64,000 bases of DNA from an uncultured Alphaproteobacteria bacterium (lineage in GTDB: Bacteria; Pseudomonadota; Alphaproteobacteria; SMXQ01): positions 640,343 to 704,342 of the forward strand of contig CAVVYA010000015.1 of the NCBI GenBank assembly GCA_963752345.1. Reading direction: 5' to 3'. How positions within the stretch are numbered: position 1 is the stretch's first letter; every line of letters starts with the position of its first letter. The notes below the pieces were generated by a model. That model saw only the letters and a list, made by a program, of their open reading frames with translations, had not been told where the DNA came from and did not search any database. The translations under genes and the position numbers were made by a program. This document shows positions 11,882 through 22,721 of this stretch, one piece after another.

Positions 11882-12875
11882 GTGGGGCTCCACTTGTACG
11901 TCGACAATCTGCTGACCTTTTGCCTGCCGACGCTCTTGTCTCCCGGGAACCTTCCGGGACTTCCGAACTTGAGCGAGTTTCAATTTACGATCATCACGAC
12001 GCAAGTCGACAAACAAGCAATCCGCCAGTCCAGCCTCTTCGCCATACTCTCGAGTTTGATCCGTGTCGAGTTCATCCTTATGGAAATGAGCCATGACAGC
12101 AGAGAGGAGAAGTACGGTCATCTCGGAAATGCATTCAAGCGCGCCGCTTCTCAGGCGCTGGGCAAGGGGTACGATTTTTCGTCCATCCCAATGCAATGTA
12201 TTCCGAGGGAATGCTGACGTACCTCTATCGCCTTTGTCGTCAGGGCCGACGAGTGTGCGTTTCCCACGGACCGGTTGTCTCAAAAGAAAAGGTGATCCCT
12301 TACTTGAGCCATAGGAAGCTTTGCCAGTTCGACGAAGTAACGCCAATCCAACCTCGCGTCATGGCGAAAATCCTGATGGACAACTTGCATACGGACATGA
12401 CCAACCATGACGTTAGGAATCCGTTCTTTCCCGAGAACCCCTATATGGGATTATGGCGTGCTCCAAGCGCCGACGGTGCTTTGTTCCGTTTCGTATCTCT
12501 TCATCCTTACATGGTCGATTTATGAGACATGACGATATTCCCGATTTTACCGCCATAGATCATGACTTCGTAAGGGCTAACGGCTTCGTTCTCAGCGATA
12601 TACATATTGAAAACGACTTCGACAACTTTCTTGTGGTCGGTATTAAGCCTGACAATGAGAAGAACGCCAATGCAAGCCAAGTCGAAAACGATGACGTTGA
12701 AAACTCCATTATTAATTCCACTCTGAGGCCGTCCAACTGCATGTACAGCCTCGCCTGCTTCATGAATGGGATCAGGGTTCACAGTTCCGATCTCGACAAA
12801 AGATGGCGTCGATTTGAGGAAGAGAATTTGCCTATGTTAATGGCTTGCTGGTTCGTGGCATTGCGCGGGGAGTAG
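11882..12875 (+). pseudogene. uncharacterised 'family A' protein, copy 2 (3 pieces in different frames)
   Basis: ORFs 11882-12217, 12196-12525, 12453-12875 overlap in three frames and are paralogous, piece by piece, to 2779-3646(-). Confidence 0.4.
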
Positions 12876-13191
12876 ACGCCTACGCGCATGTTATGGGGGC
12901 ACCGCCGGATAGTGGCGATGCTGACCAGCCAGGCGCAGCCGCCTCCGATCAGGCGCGCGCTCAGAGCTTTCTTCCGAAGGACAGAAAGAGGAGAGGCGTT
13001 TCCCGCCTTAAGGCATTTGGCAAGAGCGCGGCTATCGCCCTTTTCGCTCAGCTCGGCTATCGCATCGTCAAGATCAAGTGACCGGCCGCGCAAATCGTCA
13101 CTGACATCCCTGCCGATGGCCGATCTCATGCAAGTGGGTGCAGACGGGTCTATGTCACGATTTCTGAGGCGAGGGACGTCGGTATAGCGCA

Positions 13192-14816
13192 TTGGGGGGC
13201 ATTTTGAACGTGATCATCCCTTGGCTTAAGCGCGCAGTTCTGGGGACCGCGCGGCGCTTGGGCTACGACATTGTCAAGCTCCCAAACGATGGGATTGGTG
13301 ACGCGCGTTCGTCTGCGGTTTCTGAAACGGCGAGCGATGTTGCAGATGCAGCCAGCGATGACCTGCAAAAGGCATTCCTTGATGACCGCCTTGCTCATAG
13401 TGATTTCAGCGTGAAAAGCGCAAAAAGGTATTTCGGTTCTCTTTTGGAAACAGAAAATGTAGAGAGCACCTCGCTGATGCGGGCTGGCGCTCTGCTACGA
13501 AGGGACCTTTCGTTTTCCGATAAAATGAGTCCCGACGCAGCCGCGATGGCGGACCTAGCATTGCTATTTTTCGATCGAGTCATCGAACGTGCGCCGTATA
13601 CCTTTGACGCGTATCGCCAACTCTGGACCTTGAAATTTTACCTGGGGGATTGGAACGAGCCCTACAAGATCATGAACCGCATGCGCGAAAAGCAACGGGA
13701 ACTTGCGCATAAAAAGGGTATCGATGGACTGGGCCTGCGTTTCATTCCAGAGGCAGTTGCGACGAACATCGGCGTTATGACGCACATCGAAATGTACCTA
13801 AAGGCAATGCTGACGGGTGCCGCGGAACGTGTGCAGTTGGTCATGCTGCTTAAGGATGTTCGACCCGCAAATCGTTGTTTTCTGGACTGTTTCGGGGAAT
13901 ATCTGCGTGTTGTCGACAGTAGTGTTGAAGCGGAAAAACTTGGGGACATCGCGGATTGTCTAACTGACGACATCCATTGGTTCATTCCATTCGACGGCAG
14001 GGCGACGCCGATTTCGTGGGCTGCCGGCGAAGTGAGAAAACGCTGGCATGATCAGAGGCATCCCCCCATCATGAGGCTGACGGACAGCCATCGTGCAGAG
14101 GGGGCCGAGGCGCTTTGCCGTCTCGGCATGCCTGCGGGCGCTTGGTCGTCGGACTCCATGTCCGGGACAGCCGGATTCCCGGGGATCTATATCGCGACGT
14201 TAATATCGCCAGCTACTCGGAGGCAATCGACGCAATCATTGCACGCGGTGGTTGGGTCGTGCGCCTCGGCGACGAAGGTATGCCGCCTTTGCCTCCGAAA
14301 AAGGGGCTCATTGACTACGCGCATAAGGCGGAAAAGCAAGACTGGATAGACATCTATTGCATTGCGGCTAGCCGATTTTTCGTAGGAACTGGGTGAGGCC
14401 CAGGTGGTGTTCCCAACTCTTTCGGCGTTCCCAACATCCTCAGCAACTTCATGCCGGTCAGTTCGATTGCTGCGTCCCCGACCGATCTGGCGATGCCGAA
14501 GATGTGCTTCCTACCGAAAGAAGACCGCATGCTTCACTTTCGCGAGTTGCTGTCTGCGCCGGTCGCCGACTTCTACTTCCAGCACGAGTTCGACCGCCGC
14601 GGGATCAGGACGATAGATAATGCCCCGGACGAGTTGCGCGAGGCGGTCATAGAAATGATGGACTGCCTGGACGGCACGATTTCGTACTCCGCTGATGACG
14701 ACGAACTGCAACGCAGGTTCTGGATGCTTTCGGCAGAAAGCCAGACGGCGACCGGCACCCGCATCTACAGTCGTGTTCCGCGTTATTTTCTTAGAAAGTA
14801 TGCTGAATTCTTGTGA
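13192..14816 (+). pseudogene. large hypothetical protein, possibly glycosyltransferase-like (2 apparent frameshifts)
   Basis: 385-aa ORF continues colinearly into 14115-14396 (GLHVRDSRIPGDLYRDVNIASYSEAIDAIIARGGWVVRLGD) and 14451-14816; family assignment tentative. Confidence 0.3.
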
Positions 14817-14840
14817 ACAAAACGATGAACTCAAAGGCAA

Positions 14841-15739
14841 ATGAACATGCCTAATCTCTTGATGGCGGTCGCCAGTAAAATTTATAATCTTGCCCGCCGT
14901 ATTCATCTGTCAGTTAGGCATTCTATGGGAGTGGTGCTCGGGTCTCATACCCGTGAGGCCATGCTTCACGAGATACGCATCCTGAAGAACGAGATGCAAA
15001 CAACCCGTGACGAGGTCCGACGGCTAAGGTCGCTCAACATGAGTACGCTTCGGGGAGGGGACCCGATCGATTGGTATGTAACCGGCAGCCAGTATTTCTT
15101 CGATCAAGGACACTTTCACGACCATTATGTCGAGTGGCGCATCCGACGGCTTCGCAAGATCATGGAGATATTCGGCTCGGACTTTTCTGGAAAACGTATA
15201 TTGGAAATCGGCGGCGGCCTCGGAGACATGGGTCGTTTTTTGCCGCGATGGGAGCGACCGTTGTTTCGCTCGAGGGTCGTTCGGTTAATCAGCAGTTTGC
15301 GAGCCTGAAGTTCCGCCATCTTTCGAATTTTCAATCTATCGTGTTCGATGCTGAAGAGGATTTCACCCATCTTGGTCGGTTCGATCTGATTCTCAATCTC
15401 GGTTTTCTGGAAGTCGTCACAAAAGTTGACCATGTAATGGACTGCTGCTGCCGTATGTCCGATCGCATCTTCGTGGAAACGATGGTTTGCGACTCGCTTG
15501 ATCCCGACAAGGTCATGATCGTCGACTGGCTGCCCGGATATGTCGATCATCCGCTGCGCGGTAAGGGGGCACGTCCATCGCCCGGATACATCGAGCAATT
15601 CTTTAAATCGCGCGGTTATGTGACGAGGCGTGCATTCGATGCTGACCTAAACACCTATATGCACGTATATGACTGGAAGCACGAGGACCGTGGCGCTGCC
15701 GACAATTACCGGCGGTTCTGGTACCTTTCAAAGGCCTAA
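14841..15739 (+). CDS. SAM-dependent methyltransferase (apparent frameshift near 15240)
   Basis: ILEIGGGLGDMG (motif I) then, after frame change, ATVVSLEGRSVN...FDLILNLGFLEVV. Confidence 0.5.
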
Positions 15740-15822
15740 AGTTGGTTCGCTTGCATGAACGCAACCTTGCCATCTTCGGCACGACTGGCTTCATCAGCGC
15801 GTTTTTCAGTCGAGCGCAGAGT

Positions 15823-16689
15823 TTACTTGGTGGCGGCAAAGACGAGGGCTTCGGCCGTTATTCCCGCGAACATTTGGCCCGCGCATGGCGGCGCGCCGAG
15901 CGCGAGCCACGTCAGCACTTCGAGCTTGCCGCCTTCGGTCCACGGATCGACGCCGTCCGTCAACGAGCCGGGAAGGGCGTCGAAGGCGATCTCACAGGCT
16001 TCGCCTTCGGCCGTCGGTGACAGGCGGTCGACTTGCTCCGGCGTCAACGTCACACCGAGCAGGCAAATTTCCAGCGCCCCATAGTCGTTATCCCGGAACA
16101 GGGCGAGACGCGGCGGCGGGAAGGCTTGGTCGAGCGTGAACACGCCGAGGCCCGTCTCTTCACCGAACTCCTGGAGGCCCTCGGCGACGGGGCGGCGCTC
16201 GGGACCATCGGCGCCCATGCGATAGCCGCCGGAAAAACTGTGGAGCATGGAGGGGGCCGGCTGCGCGCCCTTGGCGCGCCGGTGGACGTAGAGCGTCCGT
16301 CGGGCCGGGCAGACGGCGACAGTGCCGACGCTCAAGACTGGCGGCGCGCCGCCGCCTTCCCGCATGGCACGCGCCGTGGCGTAATCGAGCGCTCGATAGG
16401 GGATTGCGATCACCGGTGCGGAGATGTCCAATGTGCCCGCCAGGATTGCCTGGGGTTCGTTGTAACGGCCAGGCGCGCTCAGAACTTCGCGCCAGTAATC
16501 GATGCGGCGGCGAAGGCTCGGCGGCGGAACAAACGGTCCGAGGGGCACCAGCCGCGGCTCGGCATCGAGCGGCGTCAGCAGCATGGTCCGCTCGCCGAAC
16601 AGGGCATTGATGCGACGAACGACCTCCGGTTTCATGGGATGCCCGCCGACGACGGCATCAGGCGGCACTGACCTTTTTATAGGCCGCAA
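15823..16689 (-). CDS. hypothetical protein (degenerate Nudix-like segment)
   Basis: 288-aa ORF downstream of Wzt in same operon; FSGGYRMGADGPERRPVAEGLQEFGEETGL resembles but does not match the Nudix box; alternative start 16635 avoids 32-nt overlap with Wzt. Confidence 0.4.
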   Translation of the reverse strand: MRPIKRSVPPDAVVGGHPMKPEVVRRINALFGERTMLLTPLDAEPRLVPLGPFVPPPSLRRRIDYWREVLSAPGRYNEPQAILAGTLDISAPVIAIPYRALDYATARAMREGGGAPPVLSVGTVAVCPARRTLYVHRRAKGAQPAPSMLHSFSGGYRMGADGPERRPVAEGLQEFGEETGLGVFTLDQAFPPPRLALFRDNDYGALEICLLGVTLTPEQVDRLSPTAEGEACEIAFDALPGSLTDGVDPWTEGGKLEVLTWLALGAPPCAGQMFAGITAEALVFAATK

Positions 16690-17413
16690 GAATCTCGTCG
16701 ACCGTGCCGAAATCCACGATCCGGCCGCTTTGCATCAGAACCGCCTTGTTGCAGAGGTCCTTGATCAGCTCATTGGAATGAGAGGCGACGACCATGATGC
16801 GCGCCTTCTGCAGAAAGCCTTCGACGCGTTCCTTTGCCTTGCGCGCGAAGCGCGCGTCGCCAGCGCCGATCCCCTCGTCCATCAGCAGGATTTCCGGGTC
16901 CACCGCGGTGGTGATGGCGAACGAGAGCCGCGCCATCATACCCGCCGAATAGGTCCGGATCGGCATCGACATGTATTCCCCGAGTTCGCAGAACTCCTCG
17001 ATCAATGCCAGCTTCTCCTCGATCTCCTGCTTGGTCATGCCGAGAAAACGGCAGCAGATGGCGATGTTGCGATAGGCATTGTCGGCATCGTCCATGCCGA
17101 CCAACTGTCCGAACAGGCAGGAGACGCGTCCGTCCGTCGTCACGCGGCCGCTGTCGGGCTCGTAAACCCCGGCCATCACTTTGAGAAGCGTGCTCTTGCC
17201 CGCGCCGTTCTGGCCGATCAGCCCGAGCCGGTCGCCTTGCTTGAGCTCGATCGAGACGTCGTCGAGCGCGGCCACGGACACCCGCTTATTGTGCCGGCCG
17301 CCGTGCTTGATCGCGCCACCGACGGCGCGGCCGAACAGCACTTTCCGAAAGCTCCGTTCGATGTCGTAGATCGGGAACGCGAGAGAGACGTGATCGACGG
17401 ACAGCGAAGGCAT
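16658..17413 (-). CDS. polysaccharide/O-antigen ABC transporter ATP-binding protein (Wzt/KpsT-like)
   Basis: Walker A GQNGAGKST, ABC signature YSAGMMARL, Walker B ILLMDE; 251 aa without C-terminal carbohydrate-binding domain. Confidence 0.85.
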   Translation of the reverse strand: MPSLSVDHVSLAFPIYDIERSFRKVLFGRAVGGAIKHGGRHNKRVSVAALDDVSIELKQGDRLGLIGQNGAGKSTLLKVMAGVYEPDSGRVTTDGRVSCLFGQLVGMDDADNAYRNIAICCRFLGMTKQEIEEKLALIEEFCELGEYMSMPIRTYSAGMMARLSFAITTAVDPEILLMDEGIGAGDARFARKAKERVEGFLQKARIMVVASHSNELIKDLCNKAVLMQSGRIVDFGTVDEILAAYKKVSAA

Positions 17414-17422
17414 GTCGGGACC

Positions 17423-18286
17423 TCAGACCCAGAACGGGATGCGGCGACGGAACCGCCCGTAGAACGAGCACGTCACGGCCAAGCCCACAGCGGCGAAGGC
17501 CAGCGTGATCGCCACCGACCGCCACGGCGGGGCTTCGCCGAGCAGGGGCTCGCGCAGGACGCTGACGACGTGATAGATGATGTTCGCATTGACGAAAATC
17601 ATGCGCTCGCCGCTCAGCATCTCCGGACGCCAGAAGATCGGCGTGATAAACAGGATGATCTGCAGGAAGCTCGTCACCAGTTGCTGGATGTCGCGGAAGC
17701 GCGCGCAGAGCGCGCCGAGCAAAAGGCCGATCCACAGGCCGTTGAGACCGATGAGCAGCAATCCGAGCGGTGCCCACAGGATATTCCAGCCGGGAAAATT
17801 GCCGGAGAACATGTAGACGGGAATCAGAATCACCGCATTGTGAAAAAATACGATGATGTTACGGCAGACGATCCGATAAATGATGATCGAATAGGGAAAT
17901 TGCTGATTGCAGATCCACGTCTTTTCCAGCGTGAACGCGGTGCAGCTCTCGTTGATGATGGTCGAGAACAGCACCCAGGCCAGGAATCCCGATGTAACGA
18001 ACGGGAGATAGCTGACGATGTCCTGCTTGAACAAGGTGGCGTAGATGCCGGCGAACGCGAACGTGAAGATCGCCGTGCTGGCGGTGAGCCAGAACGGGCC
18101 GAGGGTCGTCCGCACATAGCGCGAGCGGATGTCGCGCCAGGCCAGGGTCAGCCAGAGTGAATGCTGCAGTGCACCGTTCGACAGGTCGCGGACAGCGGTC
18201 TGGAAGTGCGTGGTCATCAGTGGAGAAGGCCGTCCGAGGCTGGGAAACTGCCGCGTCGGTATAACACTTGTTCGCCGCGACTTCAC
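17423..18286 (-). CDS. ABC-2 type polysaccharide export permease (Wzm/KpsM-like)
   Basis: Six predicted TM stretches, LAWRDIRSRYVRTTLGPFW ABC-2 N-terminal motif; likely true start at M24 (18217). Confidence 0.8.
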   Translation of the reverse strand: MKSRRTSVIPTRQFPSLGRPSPLMTTHFQTAVRDLSNGALQHSLWLTLAWRDIRSRYVRTTLGPFWLTASTAIFTFAFAGIYATLFKQDIVSYLPFVTSGFLAWVLFSTIINESCTAFTLEKTWICNQQFPYSIIIYRIVCRNIIVFFHNAVILIPVYMFSGNFPGWNILWAPLGLLLIGLNGLWIGLLLGALCARFRDIQQLVTSFLQIILFITPIFWRPEMLSGERMIFVNANIIYHVVSVLREPLLGEAPPWRSVAITLAFAAVGLAVTCSFYGRFRRRIPFWV

Positions 18287-18623
18287 GGCCTCAAGTGTGC
18301 ATCCCGTTGGCGGGCATGCCTCAATACCGCTCGAAACGTGCCCGGCGCCCCTCGCTTTTCGTGAAAAGATATTATTAATCAGCTGGTTGTTAGAATATCA
18401 AGGGGCCTGGCCGACGATCTGAGCCACGGCGCGTGAGCTTGCGACGTTCGCCCGCCCAGCCCCGTCGTCGGAGCGAAATCGTGCCCAAAATGCCACCTAG
18501 TGCACCCTTAAAGGATTGATGCTAAACATAAGTTTGAGCTATCCGGTGTCGGAAGGCCTGGAGGCTTTGCGCGGCCATGCTCGGCATGGTGGCTGGCAGA
18601 GTATGTAGGTTGGAGAGACCATC

Positions 18624-19502
18624 GTGGGCACCATATCCAGCATCGGCGCAACACCGCAGGCCAAGTTCAAACGGGCTTGGCAGCGCCTCAAATCCTCCGC
18701 CCCGCAGCCGCGCCATATGCGAAATTTACGGGTGGTGCCGTCCCATGAGATTTTGCAGGGCATCCGCGAGGGTCATAACGACTTTGTCGAGGACTTCACC
18801 TCGTCTATGTACGCGGGGGATTTCTTTCTTCTCAAAGGCGCCTTCGAGCGGGAATTCCTGCAGGATGTCGCGCGTCGCGTATTTGCCTTCGGGCTCTCTC
18901 AGCCTTCGTCGTTTCACAAGATGTTCGACGGAACGCCCGATTTCCACCGCATCATCGACGATGGCGCGACCGCGGATTACTCGCTGCGCGCGTTGCGCCA
19001 CGGATTTTATTTCTACCGCTTCAACGACGATCCCGCCGGCGTCTATCGCGATTTTTCTTCGGTCTGGCGCACGGTCAAGTCCATCAGCGGTCTCGAACCC
19101 ACGGCCTTCGAGTGCAACGTGCCGCACGACGGCACCATCGACCGCATCGTCGTTTACCTCTATCCGTTCGGCGGCGGCAATCTGAAGGCGCACGTCGACC
19201 CCACCAACAACCATAAGACGACCACCGGTGTGATGATGAGCACCCGCGGCGTCGACTACGATACCGGCGGATTTTATTGCGTCGGCCCTCACCGCAAACC
19301 GATCGATCTCGAGCCCTGTGTCGAGGCGGGCGACATCTTTATCTTCTATCCGACGGTCGAGCACGGCGTCATTCCGGTCGATCCGCACAAGGCAGTGGAT
19401 TGGACCAATCCCGCGGGGCGCTGGTTCCTCGGCGTCAGCAGCGTCAATTCCGACCATGTGGCGCAGCGGGTTACCGGTCAACATCTCGCCTACGAGTTTT
19501 GA
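18624..19502 (+). CDS. hypothetical protein, 2OG-Fe(II) oxygenase / PhyH-like fold candidate
   Basis: GTG start with GGAGAG RBS; possible HxD...H facial triad (KAHVDP ... VEHGV); first gene of a two-gene operon with the B12-rSAM gene. Confidence 0.45.
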   Translation: MGTISSIGATPQAKFKRAWQRLKSSAPQPRHMRNLRVVPSHEILQGIREGHNDFVEDFTSSMYAGDFFLLKGAFEREFLQDVARRVFAFGLSQPSSFHKMFDGTPDFHRIIDDGATADYSLRALRHGFYFYRFNDDPAGVYRDFSSVWRTVKSISGLEPTAFECNVPHDGTIDRIVVYLYPFGGGNLKAHVDPTNNHKTTTGVMMSTRGVDYDTGGFYCVGPHRKPIDLEPCVEAGDIFIFYPTVEHGVIPVDPHKAVDWTNPAGRWFLGVSSVNSDHVAQRVTGQHLAYEF

Positions 19503-19551
19503 CCATGGGCGGCCCGCAGGACGCGTCACGCGCGAACAAGGAGAGCGCTGC

Positions 19552-21592
19552 ATGAAGCAAAACGTCTATTTCGTAGACCTCGGCACCGGCAGCAACCGCA
19601 ACCTGCTGCCCTTGGGCGTCGGCCTCATCTCCTCCTACGCGAAGAGCATCCCCGTCCTCAACGACGCATACAACTTCAACATTCACTTTCTGCGCGGCGA
19701 CACCGCCGACATCGTCAGCGGCTTCGATAAGCCGGCGCTGGTCTGCTTCGCGCTCTACGTGTGGAACTATCGCGCCTCGATGCGGGTGGCCGAGGCGACA
19801 AAGGCGGCCAATCCGCGCGCGCGGATCGTGTGCGGCGGATATTCGGTGCCGAAGTCCCCTGATAAGCTGCAGCGTTTCTTCGCCGAGTTTCCATTCGTCG
19901 ACATCCTGGTCCATGGCGAAGGCGAGTTCACCTTTGCCGACCTCGCCCAGGCGCTCGCTGAGGGCAGAGAACTGTCGACCACGCCAGGCATAAGCTACCG
20001 CGAGCCCGACGCGCCCGGCGGATTTGTCACCACGGGGCGTCGCGACCGAAATCAACGATCTCGACGTCCTGCCGTCCCCGTTCCTGAACGGCACGTTTGA
20101 CGAGTTGATGCGGCTCCATGGCCAGCATGTGACCGGGGTGGTGTGGGAGACCAATCGTGGCTGTCCGTTCTCCTGCACCTTTTGTGACTGGGGCAATGCG
20201 GACGTCAACAAGATCAAGTCCTACGATATCGCGCGCCTCCAGGAGGAGATCGACTGGATTGCCCGCAACAAGATTTTCTATATCTATCTGGCGGATGCCA
20301 ACTTCGGCATCTTCTACGAACGCGATCTCGATATCTCCGACCGCCTCGCCGCCGCCGGCAAGGCGCACAGTTATCCCCGCTTCATGGCCATCAACTGGAC
20401 CAAGAACACCCACGAACGGATCACAGCGATTGCCGAGAGCTTGGCCTCGGGCGGCGTCCAGACCAGCGTCACGTTTGCCGTGCAGTCGTTCAACGACAAG
20501 ACGCTTGCAGCGATCAAGCGGCGCAATATCAAGACTGAGAGCTTGATGAAGCTCAAGAAGGAGTACCAGGAGCGCAATCTTCCCACCTACACCGAGATGA
20601 TCCTGGGTCTTCCCGAGGAGACCTACGAGACATTCACCCAGGGGCTCAACCAGGCGATGACGCCGGGCGTCTCGGATCACTGGGTGTTCCACCTCTGCAC
20701 GCTGCTCGTCAACACCGAGATGGAGTCCGACGAGTACCGGGAGAAGTACGGTATCGTGTCACGCTGGGTGGCGGCGGGGATCGCCCGCCGCACGGTGGAG
20801 CAAAAGGAAGAAGCTGCTGCGGAGATTGAGGAAATCGTGGTGGGGACCGCTTCGATGCCGCTGGACGCCTGGGCGCGCTCGTTCGCGGTCGGCTATCTTT
20901 CGGCGGCGCTTTATAACTTCCGTCCGGCGTTCTTTCCGATGCTTTATGCCCAGAACGAAATCGGAAACGAACACACGCATTTCATCGAGTTTCTGCTCGA
21001 TGAGGCCGAGACGAAGCCTGAGACCTATCCCTGGCTGCACCGGGCGACGGCGCACGTCCGCAAGCAGCGCCAGATGATCCTCGATAGCATCGCCTGCCTT
21101 TCGCCGATCGAGGAGTTGGGCGGCGCGCTCGCGCTAACTCATGAGGCGGTGCTGGCGATAATGCTGGACGATCCAGATGCGTTCTATCGCGACCTTTCGG
21201 AGATCGTTCGCCGGTTTTTCGCCTGTCACGATCATCCCCTCGACGAAACGGTGCTTGCGGAGATCATCGCCTACCAGCGCGCGCGCGTGCCGCTGTGGGG
21301 CGAGCAAGAGCGCCGTGTCATGCACTTCACCCGGAATATTCCGGCCTACTTCGCTGCGGTCACCAAAGGGCTGGCTGTTCCAGACGTCGTGGAGGAACCC
21401 AACGCGATCGAGGTCGCGCCGCGCGAGATCCAGGCCAAAGACAAAGGCAGCTTTGCGGTACAGCGCACGCGCTCGGGTCATACCATCATCTTGAATGACG
21501 TGCGGTTGCTGCCCAAGCCTGCCCGTGAAGGCTTGGTCGCCTCGTCAGCCGCGCGGCCTCCGGAGAGCGCCTGCGTTCAGCCCTTGGCGTAG
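19552..21592 (+). CDS. B12-binding domain-containing radical SAM protein (~680 aa; one apparent frameshift near 20030)
   Basis: N-terminal B12-binding region (19552-~20040) then TNRGCPFSCTFCDWG (CxxxCxxC) and ~350-aa C-terminal extension in frame 20024-21592. Confidence 0.7.
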
Positions 21593-22681
21593 AAAGACCG
21601 CACCACCTCGATGACGCGGTACAGGTGCGCGCGCGTCAGATATTGGTCGACCGGGAACGTAATCATCTCCAGCGCATGACGGTCGGTTACCGGGAAGTCT
21701 CCGGCGCGGTAGCCGAGGTATGTAAGTGCATCCTGCCGGTAGACGGGAACCGGATAGTGCACCTTGGCCTCGATACCCTCGGAGGCGCAGTAATCCAGGA
21801 GTTCGTCGCGGCGCTCGGTGAAGAGAATATAGAGTAGATAGACGTTCTTGCTGCGCGGATCGCGTGGTGGGATGCGGACCCCCTTGATGCCGGTGAAGGC
21901 GCGATCGTAATAGGCGGCGTTGGCAATGCGCTTCTCTATCCAGCCGGGTACCTGTGGCAGCATATGTTTGCCCACAACCGCCTGCAGCGAATCAAGGCGC
22001 GTGTTGTAGCCTAGGATCTCCATCTCGTCGCGCGTCTTAAGTCCATGGTTGCGCAGAAGTCGGCAACGACGGTTCATCGCGTCGTCGTTGGTGACCACGA
22101 TGCCCGCGTCTCCCCATACGTTGATGATCTTCAGCGGGTGCGTCGCAAACGCCGATGCGAGGCCGAACGACCCGGCGCGATGGCCCTCCCATTCGCCAAA
22201 CAGGCTTTGGCATGCATCTTCGATAACAATCAGCTTGTGCCTGTCGGCCAAGGCCATCAGGCGCGGCATGTCGAGCACATCGCCGGTCAGTTGCGCCGGC
22301 ATGATCGCCTTGGTCTTGGGGCCGATGGCGGCTTCCAGCTTGTCGAGGTCCATGCCGAAGCGGTCGTCGCAATCGACCAGAACCGGCCGGCCCCCGACTT
22401 CGGCGATCGCGCCGATCGTCGCCCAGAAGGTATTTGCGGCGGTGATCACCTCGTCGCCGGGGCCGATGCCGGCCGCCTTCAGAGGAATCTTTGAGGGCGT
22501 CGGTTCCGGAGCCGACGCCGATCGCGTGCTTGACGCCCAGCATACGGGCGAACATCTCCTCGAATTCGCCGACCACCTTGCCGAGCGTAAAGTCGCCCGT
22601 CGCCGCCAGGGCGCGGATGTCGGCGAGGATCGGCTCGGGATCGGCGAATTGATCGGCGAGCGGCGAGTAGCGGACTCTCAT
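21577..22681 (-). CDS. DegT/DnrJ/EryC1/StrS family sugar aminotransferase (apparent frameshift near 22470)
   Basis: N-part MRVRYSPLADQF...GVGSGTDALK (22037-22765 frame), C-part 21577-22449 frame with PLP-aminotransferase segments HYPVPVYRQ. Confidence 0.7.
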
Positions 22682-22721
22682 GGGGTGTGAATTTGGCGAG
22701 ACCATATCGCAGCCTGCGAAG

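Larger units (their letters stand above)
11800..15750. other. low-GC genomic island (~45-50% GC vs ~65% flanks), glycan-biosynthesis cargo
   Basis: Abrupt compositional drop read directly from sequence (e.g. 12500-12800 AT-rich); contains family A copy 2, a large hypothetical gene and a methyltransferase; no integrase or repeats seen. Confidence 0.5.

Noticed and set aside
16502-18160. 552-aa ORF on + strand
   Set aside because: It is antisense to the Wzt/Wzm genes, R/G/D/P-rich and low-complexity. This is a typical shadow ORF of a high-GC genome.
18129-18422. 97-aa ORF in the wzm upstream region
   Set aside because: It overlaps the permease 5' end and the divergent promoter region and has no protein-like features.
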